Assembly: GCA_013265495.1 (NCBI GenBank)
Contig: MU058824.1
Location: 5,909,245-5,973,244 of the forward strand
DNA: 64,000 nucleotides
Reading direction: 5' to 3'
Source: Vicugna vicugna
Lineage: Eukaryota
The position numbers and the translations under genes were made by a program. Shown one piece after another: positions 51,045-62,995 of this stretch. How positions within the stretch are numbered: the first letter of the stretch is position 1; every line of letters starts with the position of its first letter. The notes beneath the pieces are model-generated. The model worked only from the letters and a program-made list of their open reading frames with translations. It ran no database searches and was not told the DNA's origin.

Positions 51045-51500
51045 GGCATTCAGGTAACCAATGTTGAGTAAGTTTCTATTATGTGCTAGCTCTCTTCTAG
51101 GCCCTGGGGCTATATTAAGGATAAAAACAGGAAAAAGAATTCTTGTCCTAATGTAGTTTGCAGTGTCTTAGAGCCTAGTACATGACGATAGAAAATAAAC
51201 ATACCAAATAAATAAAATATATTTGTTTAGATGGAAATAAATACTATGAAGAAAAATAAAGCAGGTAAGAGAGATATGGAGTCCAGAGGGAGAGTTATAA
51301 TTTTAAACAGTATGGTGGGTGTCCCTGAAGTGGTGATGTTTGAACAAAAATGTTGAAGAAAGTGAGGGAGTGAATCATTTCAATATCTGGGGGATATGGT
51401 TTCTAAACAGAGGGAAGAGTCAGTGAAAAGGTTTTGAGGTTGAAAGGTATTTTGAGGATCCAAGGGATAAGAAGGAGACCAGTGTTTCTGGAGTAGAGCA
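51045..51500 (-). mobile_element. L2 3' portion
   Basis: TATGTGCTAGCTCTCTTCTAGGCCCTGGGG; ATACTATGAAGAAAAATAAAGCAGG; CCCTGAAGTGGTGATGTTTGAAC; GGAGACCAGTGTTTCTGGAGTAGAG. Confidence 0.85.
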
Positions 51501-51714
51501 AACTAGTATAGTCATGACACAAAGCAGTCCAGCTTATTCAGGGTTGGAGTGTGTGCATGCAAGTAAGCACATATGTGGGCACACGCACAAACACACACAT
51601 TCATACACATCTGAGGCAGGGGAAGAGATGGTGAGTACAAGGGAGTAGCATATAACTAATTTTCATTTAGTTATATATAAGGCCATAATTTACATAATTT
51701 AAACAGGGACTATA

Positions 51715-51915
51715 TTAGAGCTGTTAAAATTGTGGGTACTGGAGTCAGACTGCAAATCCTGACTCCTCTACTTATTATTTCTTTGACCTGATGAAAGTAA
51801 TATAACCTCACTCCACCTCAGTTTCTTTTTCTGTAAAATAAAGATAAAAACAGAATCTCAGAATTACTGTGAGATAATTGAATTAATGCCTGAAAGCACA
51901 TATTACTGTCCATGG
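51715..51915 (+). mobile_element. MIR
   Basis: GGTACTGGAGTCAGACTG...ACCTCAGTTTCTTTTTCTGTAAAATAAAGATA. Confidence 0.85.
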
Positions 51916-52027
51916 TGATTTCAGCAGGATGCAAGGGCTAAAAATCACTGCCTACATCTATGTTTGACTGACCCATTCTTGCTGATAAGGTCTCAACTAA
52001 AATGTCACCTCCTTAGAGAGGCTTTCT

Positions 52028-52335
52028 GTGATAGTCATTAGGGATGTTCATAAATATTCCAGTACTCCTCCTTCTAGGCCTTGGTGATTGGATTTCCTCA
52101 CCTCCTTTCAGATTAGACATGGCCACATGACTTGCTGCAGTCAGTGAAATTTGAAAAGTGGCATTTAGAACTTTCACACAAAAAAGACATCTGTCAATTC
52201 CAGTGGAAGCACCACATCTGCCCCCTGCATTGGTAAATACATATATTGAGAGAGAGAGAGACACTTATGACATTCTGTGTTTCTACAGACCATCAGGCTA
52301 ATGATGATGATCAGAGAACATCCCTCTTGCCACCT
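52028..52335 (+). mobile_element. MaLR LTR fragment (MLT1K/L-like)
   Basis: AAATATTCCAGTACTCCTCCTTCT...AGATTAGACATGGCCACATGACTTGCT. Confidence 0.6.
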
Positions 52336-53233
52336 TAAATACAAAGACATGTACAGATTAAAAGTAAATGGATGGAGAAAAATATATTAATACTAATCAA
52401 AATAAAGTAGGAGTAGCTATATTAATTTCAGACAGAGAAAATTTTTAAAGGAAGGAAAATTATCAGGGATAAAGAAGGGCATTACATAATGATAAGAGGT
52501 CAATTCTCCAAGAAGATATAACAATTTGTAACATGGTGCACCCAACAAAACAGCATCAAACTACATGAGGCAGAAACTGATAGAGCTGTAAGGAAAAATA
52601 GATAAATCCACTATCACTGTTGGTGACTTCAACACTCTTCTCACGAAATGGACAGATCAACCAGAGAGAAATTCAGTAAGGACATAGTAGAATTCAACAA
52701 CACCATCAATCAACCGTATATAATTGACATCTATAGACTACTCCACCCAACAAAAACATAATTCACATTTTTCTCAAGCTGACATGGAACATTCACCAAG
52801 ATAGACCATATTCTGGACCATAAAATACAACTTAACAAATTTAAAAGAATAGAAATCATACAATGTCTCCTCACAGACCACAATGAAATTAAACTAGAAA
52901 TTAATAACAGAAAGACAGCTAGACAATACCCCCAAATGGAAATTAAACAACAGGGTTCAAAATAACATGTGAATCAAAAAACAAATCTCAGGAGAAATTC
53001 AAAAATATTTTAATTAAATGAAAATTAAAACACAACTTATCAAAATTTGCGGCATATAGTAAGAGTGTTTAGAGGGAAATTTTTAGCAGTGAACGCATAT
53101 ATTAGAAAAGAAGAAAGAACTGAATTTAGTTATCCAGTCTTCCACCATAGGAAACTGGAAAAAGAAGAGCAAATTAAAGTCAGAATAAGCAGAAAAAAAG
53201 AAATAATAAGAATTTGAGCAGAAATCAATGGAA

Positions 53234-53868
53234 ACTCTAATTGAAAAAGATACAAGCACCCCAATGTTCATAGCAGCACTACTTACAATAGCCAAGACAT
53301 GGAAGCATCAACCGATAAGATTGGATAAAGTTGTGGTATATATAGACATACACACACACACATCTCACAGATATTTATATGTGTGTGTGTGTAATGGAAT
53401 ACCACTCAGCCATAAAAAAGAATAAAATAATGCTATTTGCAGCAACATGGATGACCTGGAGATTGTCATACTAAGTGAAGTAAGCCAGAAAGAGAAAAAA
53501 AAATACCATATATCACTTATATGTGGAACCTAAAAAAAAGGGGGGGGGACACAAATAAACTTATTTATGAAACAGAGACAAACTCACAGACATAGAAAAC
53601 AAACTTATGGTTACCAGGGGGAAAGGGGATGGGGAGGGATAAATAGGGAGTTCGAGATTTGTAGATACTAACTGCTATATATAAAATCTGATAAACAACA
53701 AGGTCCTACTATATAGCACAGGAACTATATTCAGTACCTTGTAATGACCTATAATGAAAAAGAAGATGAAAAGGAATAGATAGATAGATAGATAGGCAGA
53801 TAAATGAATCATTATGGTATACAACAGAAATTAACACAAAATCGTAAATTGATGATAATTCAATGAAA
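53234..53868 (+). mobile_element. Nested young 5'-truncated L1 with 12-bp TSD
   Basis: AAATCAATGGAA at 53222-53233 and 53869-53880. ORF 53228.. IEKDTSTPMFIAALLTIAKTWK is the ORF2p C-terminus. 3' UTR resembles the copy at 2820 and contains a (GATA)n run at ~53778-53802. Confidence 0.93.
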
Positions 53869-54554
53869 AAATCAATGGAATCAAAAACGGGAAATCAACA
53901 GAGAAAAATCAATTAAACTAAAAGCTGCTACTTTGAAAAGATCAATAAAATTGATTAGCCTCTAGACAGGTTAACTAAGAAAATAAGAAAGAAGACACAA
54001 ATTACTAATTATCAGAAACAGGAACATTACCAAAAATCATACAGATTTTAATTTTAAAAGGACTAGACATACTATGAAAAACACTATACCCACAACTTTG
54101 ATAGCCTAGATGAACCAATTCCTAGAAAGATACAATCTGCCAAAAGTCACACAAGAAGAAACAGATGATCTGAATAGCCCTATTTGCATTAATGAAATTG
54201 AATCAATAATTAATTACCTTCTAAACAGAGTGCACCTCGTCCAGATGGGTTCACTAATGAATTCTTCCAAACATTTAAGGAAGAATACCAATTCACTACA
54301 ATATCTTCTGAGGATAGAAGCAAAAGGAATACTTCCTAACTCATCCTTTAAGGAGAGCATTACACCAATGTGAAAACCAGATAAAGACATGAAAAGAAAA
54401 CTACAGACCAATATCATTCATGAACATAGATGCAGAAATCCTCAACCATGTATTAGAAATCAAATCCAAAAAATATAAAAAGAATTATACACAACCAAGT
54501 GGGATATATCTCACGTATACAAAGCTGGTTCAACATTCAAAAATCAATTAATAA

Positions 54555-54721
54555 GGGGGGAAGGTATAGCTCAAGTGGTAGAGTGCATGTTTAGCATGCG
54601 CCAGGTCCTGGGTTAAATCCCCAGGACCTCCTTTAAAAATAAACAAACCTAATTACCTCTCCTCTACCACAATAAAACAATTAAATAATATAATAATAAA
54701 TAAAATATTAAAAAATAAACA
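54555..54721 (+). mobile_element. tRNA-derived SINE, Vic-1-like (camelid)
   Basis: GGGGGGAAGGTATAGCTCAAGTGGTAGAGTGCATG (A box) and CCTGGGTTAAATCCCCAG (B box with a C>A change), then AAACCTAATTACCTC and an A-rich tail. TSD AAAAATCAATTAAT at 54539-54552 and 54722-54735. Confidence 0.9.
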
Positions 54722-54739
54722 AAAAATCAATTAATGTAA

Positions 54740-55762
54740 GGAAATGTTCTAATCTCATTGTTTTACATGTAGCAGTCCAATTTCCCCAACTAGAAACTAC
54801 TTGTTGAAGAGACTGTCTTTTCTCCATTGTATATTCTTCCTTCCTTTGTCATAGGTTAATTGACCATAGGTACATGGGTTTACTTCTAGGCTCTCTATCC
54901 TCTTCCACTAATCTATGTGTCTGTTTTTGTGCCAGTATCAAGCTGTTTTGATTGCTGTAGCTTTGTACTATAGTCTGAAGACTGGGAGCATGTTGTTTTT
55001 TTTTTTTTCTAAAGATTGCTTTGGCAATTAGGGGTCTTTTGTTGTTCCATATGAATTTTAGGATTATTTGTTCAAGTTTGGTGAAAAACATCATGGTCAT
55101 TTTCACAGGGATTTCAATAAATGTATAGATTGCTTTGGGTAGTATGGCCATTTAAACAATATTAATTCTTGCAATGTAAAAGCATGAGCTATCCTTTATT
55201 TGTATCATCTTCAATTTCTTTCATAAATGTTTTATATTTTTAAGAGTATATATTTTTCACTTCCTTGGATAAGTTTATTCCTAGGCATTCACTCTTTATG
55301 ATGTAATTTAGCAATGGATTTCTGTATATTAATCTTGTATCCTGCAACTTTGCTGAATTCATTTGTTAGTTCTAGTAGTTTTGGAGTGGAGACTTTAGGA
55401 TTTTCTATATAAAGTATCATGTCACCTGCAAGTAGTGACAGTTTTACATCTTCACTTCCAATCTAGATGCCATTTATTTATTCGTCTTGTCTGACTGCTG
55501 TGGCTAGAACTTCCAATACTATATTAAATAGAAGTGGTGAGAGTGGGCATCCTTGTCTCAATCCTGAATTAGAGGAAAAGCTTTCAGCTTTCCACCACTG
55601 AGTATGATGTAACTGTTGGTTTATTATAAATGGTCCTGATTATGTTGAGATATGTTCCCTCTACACCCACTTTGATGAGAGTTTTTATCATGAAATGGAT
55701 GTTGAATTTTGTCAGATGTTATTTCTATGTCTATTGAGATGATTATGTGATTTTTATCCTTC
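54740..55762 (-). mobile_element. Inverted 5' segment of a nested twin-primed L1 (ORF2 RT region)
   Basis: ORF 54849..55151 (-) [58 protein letters not shown] at its 5' end. Confidence 0.93.
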
Positions 55763-56981
55763 CCAACAAACTCAAAATGGATTAAACATCTAAATGTAAG
55801 ACCCGAAACCATGAATTTCCAAGAAGAGAATATAGAAAGAATATTCTTTGACATAAATTGTAGTAATTTTTTTTTGGATCTGCTTCCTAAGGCAAAAGAA
55901 ATAAAAGCAACAATAAACAAATGGGACCTACTTAAACTTAAAAGCTTTTGCACAGCAAAGGAAATCACAGAGAAAAGGAAAAGACAACCTGCAGAATAAG
56001 AAGAAATATTTACAAATGATATGATTGACAAGGGGTTAATACCCAAAATATACAAACAGTTCACACAACTCATATCAGAAAAACAATTTTAAAAATGGAC
56101 AGAAGACATGAATAGACATTTTCCTAGACATACAGATGACTAACAGGCACGTGAAAAGATGCTCAACGTTGCTAATTATCAGAGAAATGCAAATCAAAAC
56201 AACAAGAGATATCACCTCATACCTGTCAGAATAGCTATCATCAAAAAATCTATAAATAACAAATGTTGGAAAGGATGTGCAAAAACGGGGACACTTGTAT
56301 GCTACTGGTGGGAATGGAAATTGGTGCAGCTACTGTGGAAAACAATATGAAAATTTCTCAAAAAACTAAAAACAGAACTACCATATGATCCAGCAATTCC
56401 ACTGCTGTGTATATATTTTTTTAAAAATGGAAACACTAATTCGAAAAGATACATGTGCTTCAATGTTCACAGCAGCACTATTTATACTAGCCAAGATAAG
56501 GAAGCACCCCAGGTGTCCATCAACAGATAAAGATGTGGGATAGATATATACAATGAAATATTACTCGGTCATAAACAAAAATGGAATTCTGTCATTTGTA
56601 GCAATGTGGACTGACCTAGAGAATGTTATGCTTAGTGAAGTAAGTCAGACAGAGAAAGATAAACACTGTATGATATTACTTGTATGTGGAATCTAAAAAA
56701 TAATACAAATGAATGTATATGCAAAACAGAAACACACTTACAGATACAGAAAACAAATTAGTGGTTACCAAAGGGGAAGGGGCAAATTAAAGGTATGAGA
56801 TTAAGAGATATAAACTACTATGTGTAAAATAGATAAGCAATGAGGATATATTGTATAGCACAGGGAATTACAGCCATTATCCTGTAATAACTTTTAGTGA
56901 AGTATAATCTGTAAGAATACTGAATCACAATATTGTATACTTGAAACTAATATAACACTGTAAATCGAACTATACTTCAAT
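55763..56981 (+). mobile_element. Non-inverted 3' segment of the same nested L1
   Basis: Begins AAACTCAAAATGGATTAAA; ORF 55811.. PKAKEIKATINKWDLLKLKSFCTAKE; ends AACTATACTTCAAT. Confidence 0.93.
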
Positions 56982-59900
56982 AAGAATATCAACATAATCC
57001 ATCACACCAATAGACTAAAAAAGTAAAATCACACGGTCATATCAATAAATGCAGAAAAAGTGTCTGACATAATCCAATACTCACTCATGCTTAAAAAAAC
57101 CTCTCAGTCAACTAGGAATAGAGGAAAACTTCCTCAACTTGGCAAGGACTAGCTACAAAAACCCCTATAGCTAATGTCATATTTAATGGTGAGAGACTCT
57201 ATAAGCTTTTCCACTAAGATCAGGTACAAGGCAAAGATGTCCCTTCTTGCCTTTCTGTTTAAACACTGTACTACAAGTGCTTGCTAATGCAATAAGGCAA
57301 GAAAAAGGACTGAAAGAAATACAGTCAGAGAAGAGCTAAATAAATGAAGGTATACCCTATGCTCATACTTAGGAAAACTCAATTTTGTCAAGATCTCAGC
57401 TCTTTCCAACTTGATCTATAGATTCAATGCAATCCCAATAAAAATCCCAGCAAGTTATTTTATGGATGTCTACAATGGATAGATTCTAAAGTTTACATGC
57501 AGGGGCAAAAGACCAGAACAGCCAACACAATATTGACTGAAAAGAATAAAGCTGAAGGACTGACACAATTCAACTTCAAGATTTACTGTAAAGCTACAGA
57601 ATCAAGACAGTGGTAATAGAGAAAGGATAAACAAGTAAAACAGTGGAAGAGAAGAGAAAGCCCAGAAATAGATCCCTGTAAATACAGTCAACTTATCTTT
57701 GACAAAGAAGAAAAAGCAATACAATGGAATAAAAACAGTCTCTTAACAAATGGTGCTGGAATAACTGAACATGCATAGGCCCAAAAAAATTAGCTACACA
57801 CACACTTTACATCCTTCTTAAAAATTAACTCAATATTGATCACAGAACTAAATGTAAAGTGTAAAACTATGAAACTCCTAGAAGATAACATGGGAGAAAA
57901 CCTAAATGACCTTGGGCAAGGTGATGCTTTTTTAGATATAAAACCAAAACCTAATCCATAAAAGAAATAATTGATACCTCGGCTTCACTAAAATTAAAAA
58001 CTTCTGCTCTGTGAAAAAGCAGAAGAGAGAAGGAAAATCCAGAGAATGAAAAGACAAGCCACAAACTGGGCGAAAATATTTGCAAAAGACACACCTGATA
58101 AATATACTAAATATACAGAGAACTCTTTAAATTCAACAATAACAAAACAAAGAACTTGATTTAAAAACAGGCCAAAGACCTTAAAACATACCTCATCAAA
58201 GATGATATACAGATGGCAAATAAACATATGAAAAGATACTCCATATCTTATGTCATCAGGGAAATGCAAATTAAAACAAGATACTACTACACACCTATTT
58301 GAATAACCAAAATCCAGAACACTGAAAACATCAAGTGCTGGCAAAGATGTGGGGCAACAGAATCTCTCATTCAGTGGGAATACAAAACGGTACAGCCTCT
58401 TTGGAAGACAGTTCGGCAGTTTCTTACAAAACTAAACATACTCTCTTACCAAACAGTCTAGCAATCATGCTCTTTGGCATTTACTCAAAAGAGTTGAAAA
58501 CTTCTGTCTGCACAAAAACCTGTACATGAATGTTTACAGCAGCTTTATTCACAATTGCAAACACTTGGAAGCAACCAGAAGTCCTTCAGTAAGTGAACAA
58601 ATAAATCAGCTGTGGTACAAGCTATGAAAATACATGGAGGGAATTTAAACGTATAATACTATATGAAAGAAGTCAACCTGAAAAGATTACATACTGTACA
58701 GTTCCAACTATATACTATTCTGGAAGAGCTATGGAGACAATAAAAATATCAGTGGTAGCCAGAAGTGTTGCAAGGGAGATGAACAGGCAGAGCACAGATG
58801 ATTTTTAAGGCAGTGAAAATACTCTATATGGTATTATAATATGTGTATGTCATTATACTTTTGTCCAAACTCAGAATGTACAACACTTAAAGGAAACTAT
58901 GGATACGGGTGATTACAATTATGATGTTTCAGTGTAGGTTCCTCCTTGGTAAAAAATGTGAGTGATGTTGATAAAGGGGGAGGATATGCAGATGAAGATG
59001 TAGGACATATGTGAGAAATCTTTGTACCTTCCTTCCAATTTTGTCATAAACATAAAACTGCTCTAAAAAAGTAAAGTCTTAATAAAACAAAAAGTTAAAA
59101 TGGATTAATGCATATATTCAAAACAAAAAATGTAAACATCTGTAATAATAATCACTTATCTCTTGTTCATAACTTAGTAAAAGAGGTTATTAGGTTTTAA
59201 GAATGATAATTGTTCACACTCTTAACATCCCATCTAAATTTCAAAACAGTTGAGAAATAAGGAATCAGACTGATGGAAATTAAGACATAATCTGTGTTAC
59301 TTAGACATGTGACCAAACTGTGGCCTCTTAATATTTTCCCCTCTCTCTCACTCTCATCCCATAGTCTGGACTTTCAGAGATCTATTTAAAGAAGAACGAA
59401 GGTCTACAGAGTAGACCCACTTAATCAGAATTGCAGCCTTACACCCACTGGGCCCTGAGAGTAGAAACCGAGACTAACATGGACTCTGATCCACTCACTG
59501 GGCACCTAAAACAGAGCCCAGACTCCTGAAGCCAAGTTGCTCTAAATGAGAGAAAACAAACACATCTCCAGATACCACTCTTCAGGGAAATTGCTCCTTT
59601 TGTCTCCTAAAAGAAATGAATGCAAGTGTATAAAAAAAGAGGCCAAAGGGGTTCCTTCCATTTTCATCCCTTCTGGAGAGTGCAAATTTCTTCTTTCCGT
59701 GGAAATGTTAAGAGTGTGGGAGATGGAGAAGGGAAGGGTAAGCGCACCTCAGTCTACAACAGGCAAGGCAAATCTTAAAGCCCAATGATTTCTTCTTTCT
59801 GAATGACAAAGTCAAACTGACTGCTTTCTTTTAATGGCAGTGGAGCAGTGCTGGCTCACTTCCCAAGTACCCTTTCATGTAAAGATACCTAATGAATGAC

Positions 59901-60619
59901 AACATAGCTCTGTTTCCCTCCTCTTTTCACAGCAGTAATTAGAATTCATTTACGGACATTCAACCAATAGCTTACAATTATGATTAGACGGACTTAGTAA
60001 TGAAATCACCTATTTTAACAACAGTATTTTCACTGCAAATTCCACCCCCCAAAATTAAAATACTTTTAAAAATGTAAATTAAAGTACTGGCTAAAATAAC
60101 TCTTTAATGAAAGTTTATAATGTCCTCTTACACGTTCCCTGCATCCCACTATATAAATGTAGAAATTTCTCAATGCTAATTTAGGCCGTGAATAAGCTAT
60201 TTCTCATACCAATTCATGTGGAGAATCAGCTCTATAGATCCAAAATTGCTGACATTATACAGAAGGAACCCTTAAAGCTGACTTCTGGTGCCTGTATCTG
60301 ACATCCTAAAGAGAAAATTAAGCTATTCTAATACAACCAAATGGTGATTTAACAACAGAAACATACTTCTCAGAAAAGCACTAATCATTCTTAGATGAAA
60401 GTAATATGAAAGATAAGTATTTGCTTAAGGAACATTTCATTGAGCTCTCAACTTTTCTGGAGTTGGGACACAAAGAATTTAAGAGTTCTGAGTGATGTTA
60501 GAGATTATCTAGTGATTCTCAACCTGGTGAGGACAGAGAGCACTCCTATTAAGAATCACTGTATGGAATAAGAAATGGTACTAAATGGAGCATGTTATAA
60601 ACATAAATGGTATCATCAC

Positions 60620-60772
60620 AGAAGAAAGGGGGCAGGGAATCCAAACTCTCATTTTTCAGGTTAGAAAACCAGGGCACAGAGAATTTAAGTTGCTACTTTA
60701 AGTCATATGGAAATCCAGCTAAAGTCAGAACTAGCCTTATTCTCCAGCAATTAAGGCCAGTGGTCTTTCCTT
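60620..60772 (-). mobile_element. MIR
   Basis: CTCATTTTTCAGGTTAGAAAACCAGGGCACAGAGAATTTAAGTTGC. Confidence 0.7.
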
Positions 60773-61784
60773 AGGAGTAATTTATATTAAATTCAAAGCC
60801 TCATATATTGCATGTTTTGGTAATATCTTTGCTCTGTCCAAACTACTAAAGGTATGCAATTTTCACACAAGATTGACTAAGAGTGAATTTTGACTGAAGA
60901 ATTATGCCAAAGCCTTTTACAATGCCTAGAGACAGTCCTGGACTTGAGGAGGTTAAATTCCTCCAGATATGTGCCCATTCCAATGTAATGCCAATACCTA
61001 TTTGTGATTCATTTTTGTGACACTTCTAGCTTGCCCTTCAAGAAACACTATTTTAATTGTATCTGGATTTCCCATCAGCGCACTTCCCATGAGAGGAAGA
61101 TAGTGGATTCAATAGCAGGGTTAAGATTTACAGCAAGGTCGTTGCCAAAAAGAAACTAGTCAGCTAGTCTGTAGGGAAATCTGACATTTTAGTTTCTTGA
61201 AAATTCTTTTTACTTTTGTCTATACATCAGCTATGTTCATGAAAAAGGCACCCAAGAAAACATCAAGATTTTTACATTTGAAGTAAAAGGATAGAATTTA
61301 TAATTTGTTATTAAAAATAAAGATAATGGTCACTCTCCAGCCAAATCAAAAAGACACATTAGGCCAAGTTCAGCTGAAGATTGCAGTTTGTTTTGAAACA
61401 GAACTTTGCCATTTATATAAATGACAACTAAGTAAGTTAGAGTGAGACACAAAAAAGTCTTTCCTTCATCCTTTCATAGATGGAGGAAACACTAGTGTAT
61501 TGTTCTAAGCCTTCTTCCCCCATTCTTTCTAGAATCAGTAATTGACTAAGAGACCCATGATTAACTTTAATATGGTAAGGATTTTTACTTGAAATACAAT
61601 GAGTTTCTCAATCTACACAAGTCTACTTTTCTATATCTTTTTTTCTTTATTTTTCTGTAGCTTAAAGAATGATACTGAAATACCTATTTAAGGACTGAAA
61701 TAAACAAATCACTCCAAAATTCACAGCACCAAACTAGTATTGCTCTTGCATTACCCATGCTCTTATTATTTGTATAGCACTTAA

Positions 61785-61930
61785 TCACTTATGAAATGCT
61801 TCCATATATATTACCTTATGCAATACCTTCAACAGCATCCATGTAGAGGAACAACAAGAATTCTAGATGGGAAAACAAGACTTTAGAAGATTCTCTGACT
61901 TGATCAGAATCACAAAAGTGGTAAGTGGTA
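61785..61930 (-). mobile_element. MIR
   Basis: TTCTAGATGGGAAAACAAG...TGACTTGATCAGAATCACAAAAGTGGTAAGTGG. Confidence 0.65.
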
Positions 61931-62696
61931 ATTCCTCACCCTCCAATTCTTAAACATCAGGCTTTGTATACAACTTCCCAAAATGACATTAGAATGTTAG
62001 CCTTTCTGCCAGATAAATCTTAGTAAAATCTGAAGAAGATTTTCAGAGATTATGCAGTGCCCTTTAATTTCTCTTTTGTGACCTATTCTAGGCAAACAAA
62101 ATCAGGCCATAGAAGTTATTAGAAGCAACTGCTCACTCTGGAACTCTCATTAAGAACAATCACTTAAGAGCTCTTACTTGGATGATGTGAAAGAAACATT
62201 CATACCTGAACCTTTACAAATAGTCTTTTGTTATAATTAAGTTCATATATTAGAAGCTTCAGAGTTATCATACAAACCTTACTGCAGCTAACTTTAATCA
62301 GCCTGAAATAGAACATCAGGCAATGTTTATACATAAAAGTTTATATCTGAAGGGTTAACAGCTGGTAACTTCCACACTTGGAAAAGAAGCATCAATTAAT
62401 AATCACAGTTAAAACTACATAAACGCACACACAAAATCTCCTTCAAGTTGCCAGGGAAATAGCAGTTTTTATAACTTACTCCAAAACATTTTAAAGACCA
62501 AACTAACATCATAAACTGAGACTTGAGCATGCAATTTGTAATTCATGTCACTATGGGATAAATGAGGCTTGATGCTATAGAAGGAAGAAAACCGAAAGTC
62601 CAACCCAGTTCTCTAGTGTCTGCTAATTAGCCTTAGGCAAGTTACTTCACTACTTCTAAGTTAGCTCCTTTTGTGTAACTTAGAGTTAAAGATTGT

Positions 62697-62750
62697 TCTC
62701 TCTCTCTCTCTATATATATATATACATATATGTGTGTGAGTATATATATG
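62697..62750. repeat. Compound (TC)7(TA)n(TG)n microsatellite
   Basis: Seen directly. Confidence 0.9.
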
Positions 62751-62754
62751 GAAT

Positions 62755-62995
62755 AACATATAGTGGAGGAGCTAAGAAGTTGAGACTAGGAGAGACTGTA
62801 TGAGGGTAAATTTTGGCTCTGCCACTTACAAGCTATATGATCTTAAATATATTATCAAACTTCAGTGTGCTTTAGTTTCCTCATATGGCAATAATTGTAT
62901 CTACTTCATAGGCAGTTGTTTTAAACAATATAATATAGAGACCACTTAGTAAAGTGCCTGATACTTAGCGAGCTCTCAGTAAGCATTACTAATTT
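62755..62995 (+). mobile_element. MIR, near full length
   Basis: TTGGCTCTGCCACTTACAAGCTATATGATCTT...TTAGTTTCCTCAT...ACTTAGTAAAGTGCCTGATAC...CTCTCAGTAA. Confidence 0.88.

Larger units (their letters stand above)
52337..59093 (+). mobile_element. Host L1 (L1MC1/2-like): ORF2 from endonuclease to 3' UTR, disrupted and carrying three nested insertions
   Basis: EN motifs (GGTGACTTCAACAC = GDFN; CAGACCACAATGAAATT); ORF 54110.. NQFLERYNLPKVTQEE; AACTACAGACCAATATCA (NYRPIS); 3' end AAAACTGCTCTAAAAAAGTAAAGTC. Many stops and frameshifts; RT core partly deleted near 57310. Confidence 0.92.

Noticed and set aside
54555..54632. tRNA gene
   Set aside because: The tRNA-like head is followed by a SINE body and A-rich tail and flanked by a TSD, and the B box is mutated; it is a SINE.
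55624..56073. Longest ORF (149 aa, - strand)
   Set aside because: Artefact crossing the L1 inversion junction: antisense L1 joined to a short sense RT fragment (KDKNHIIISID).
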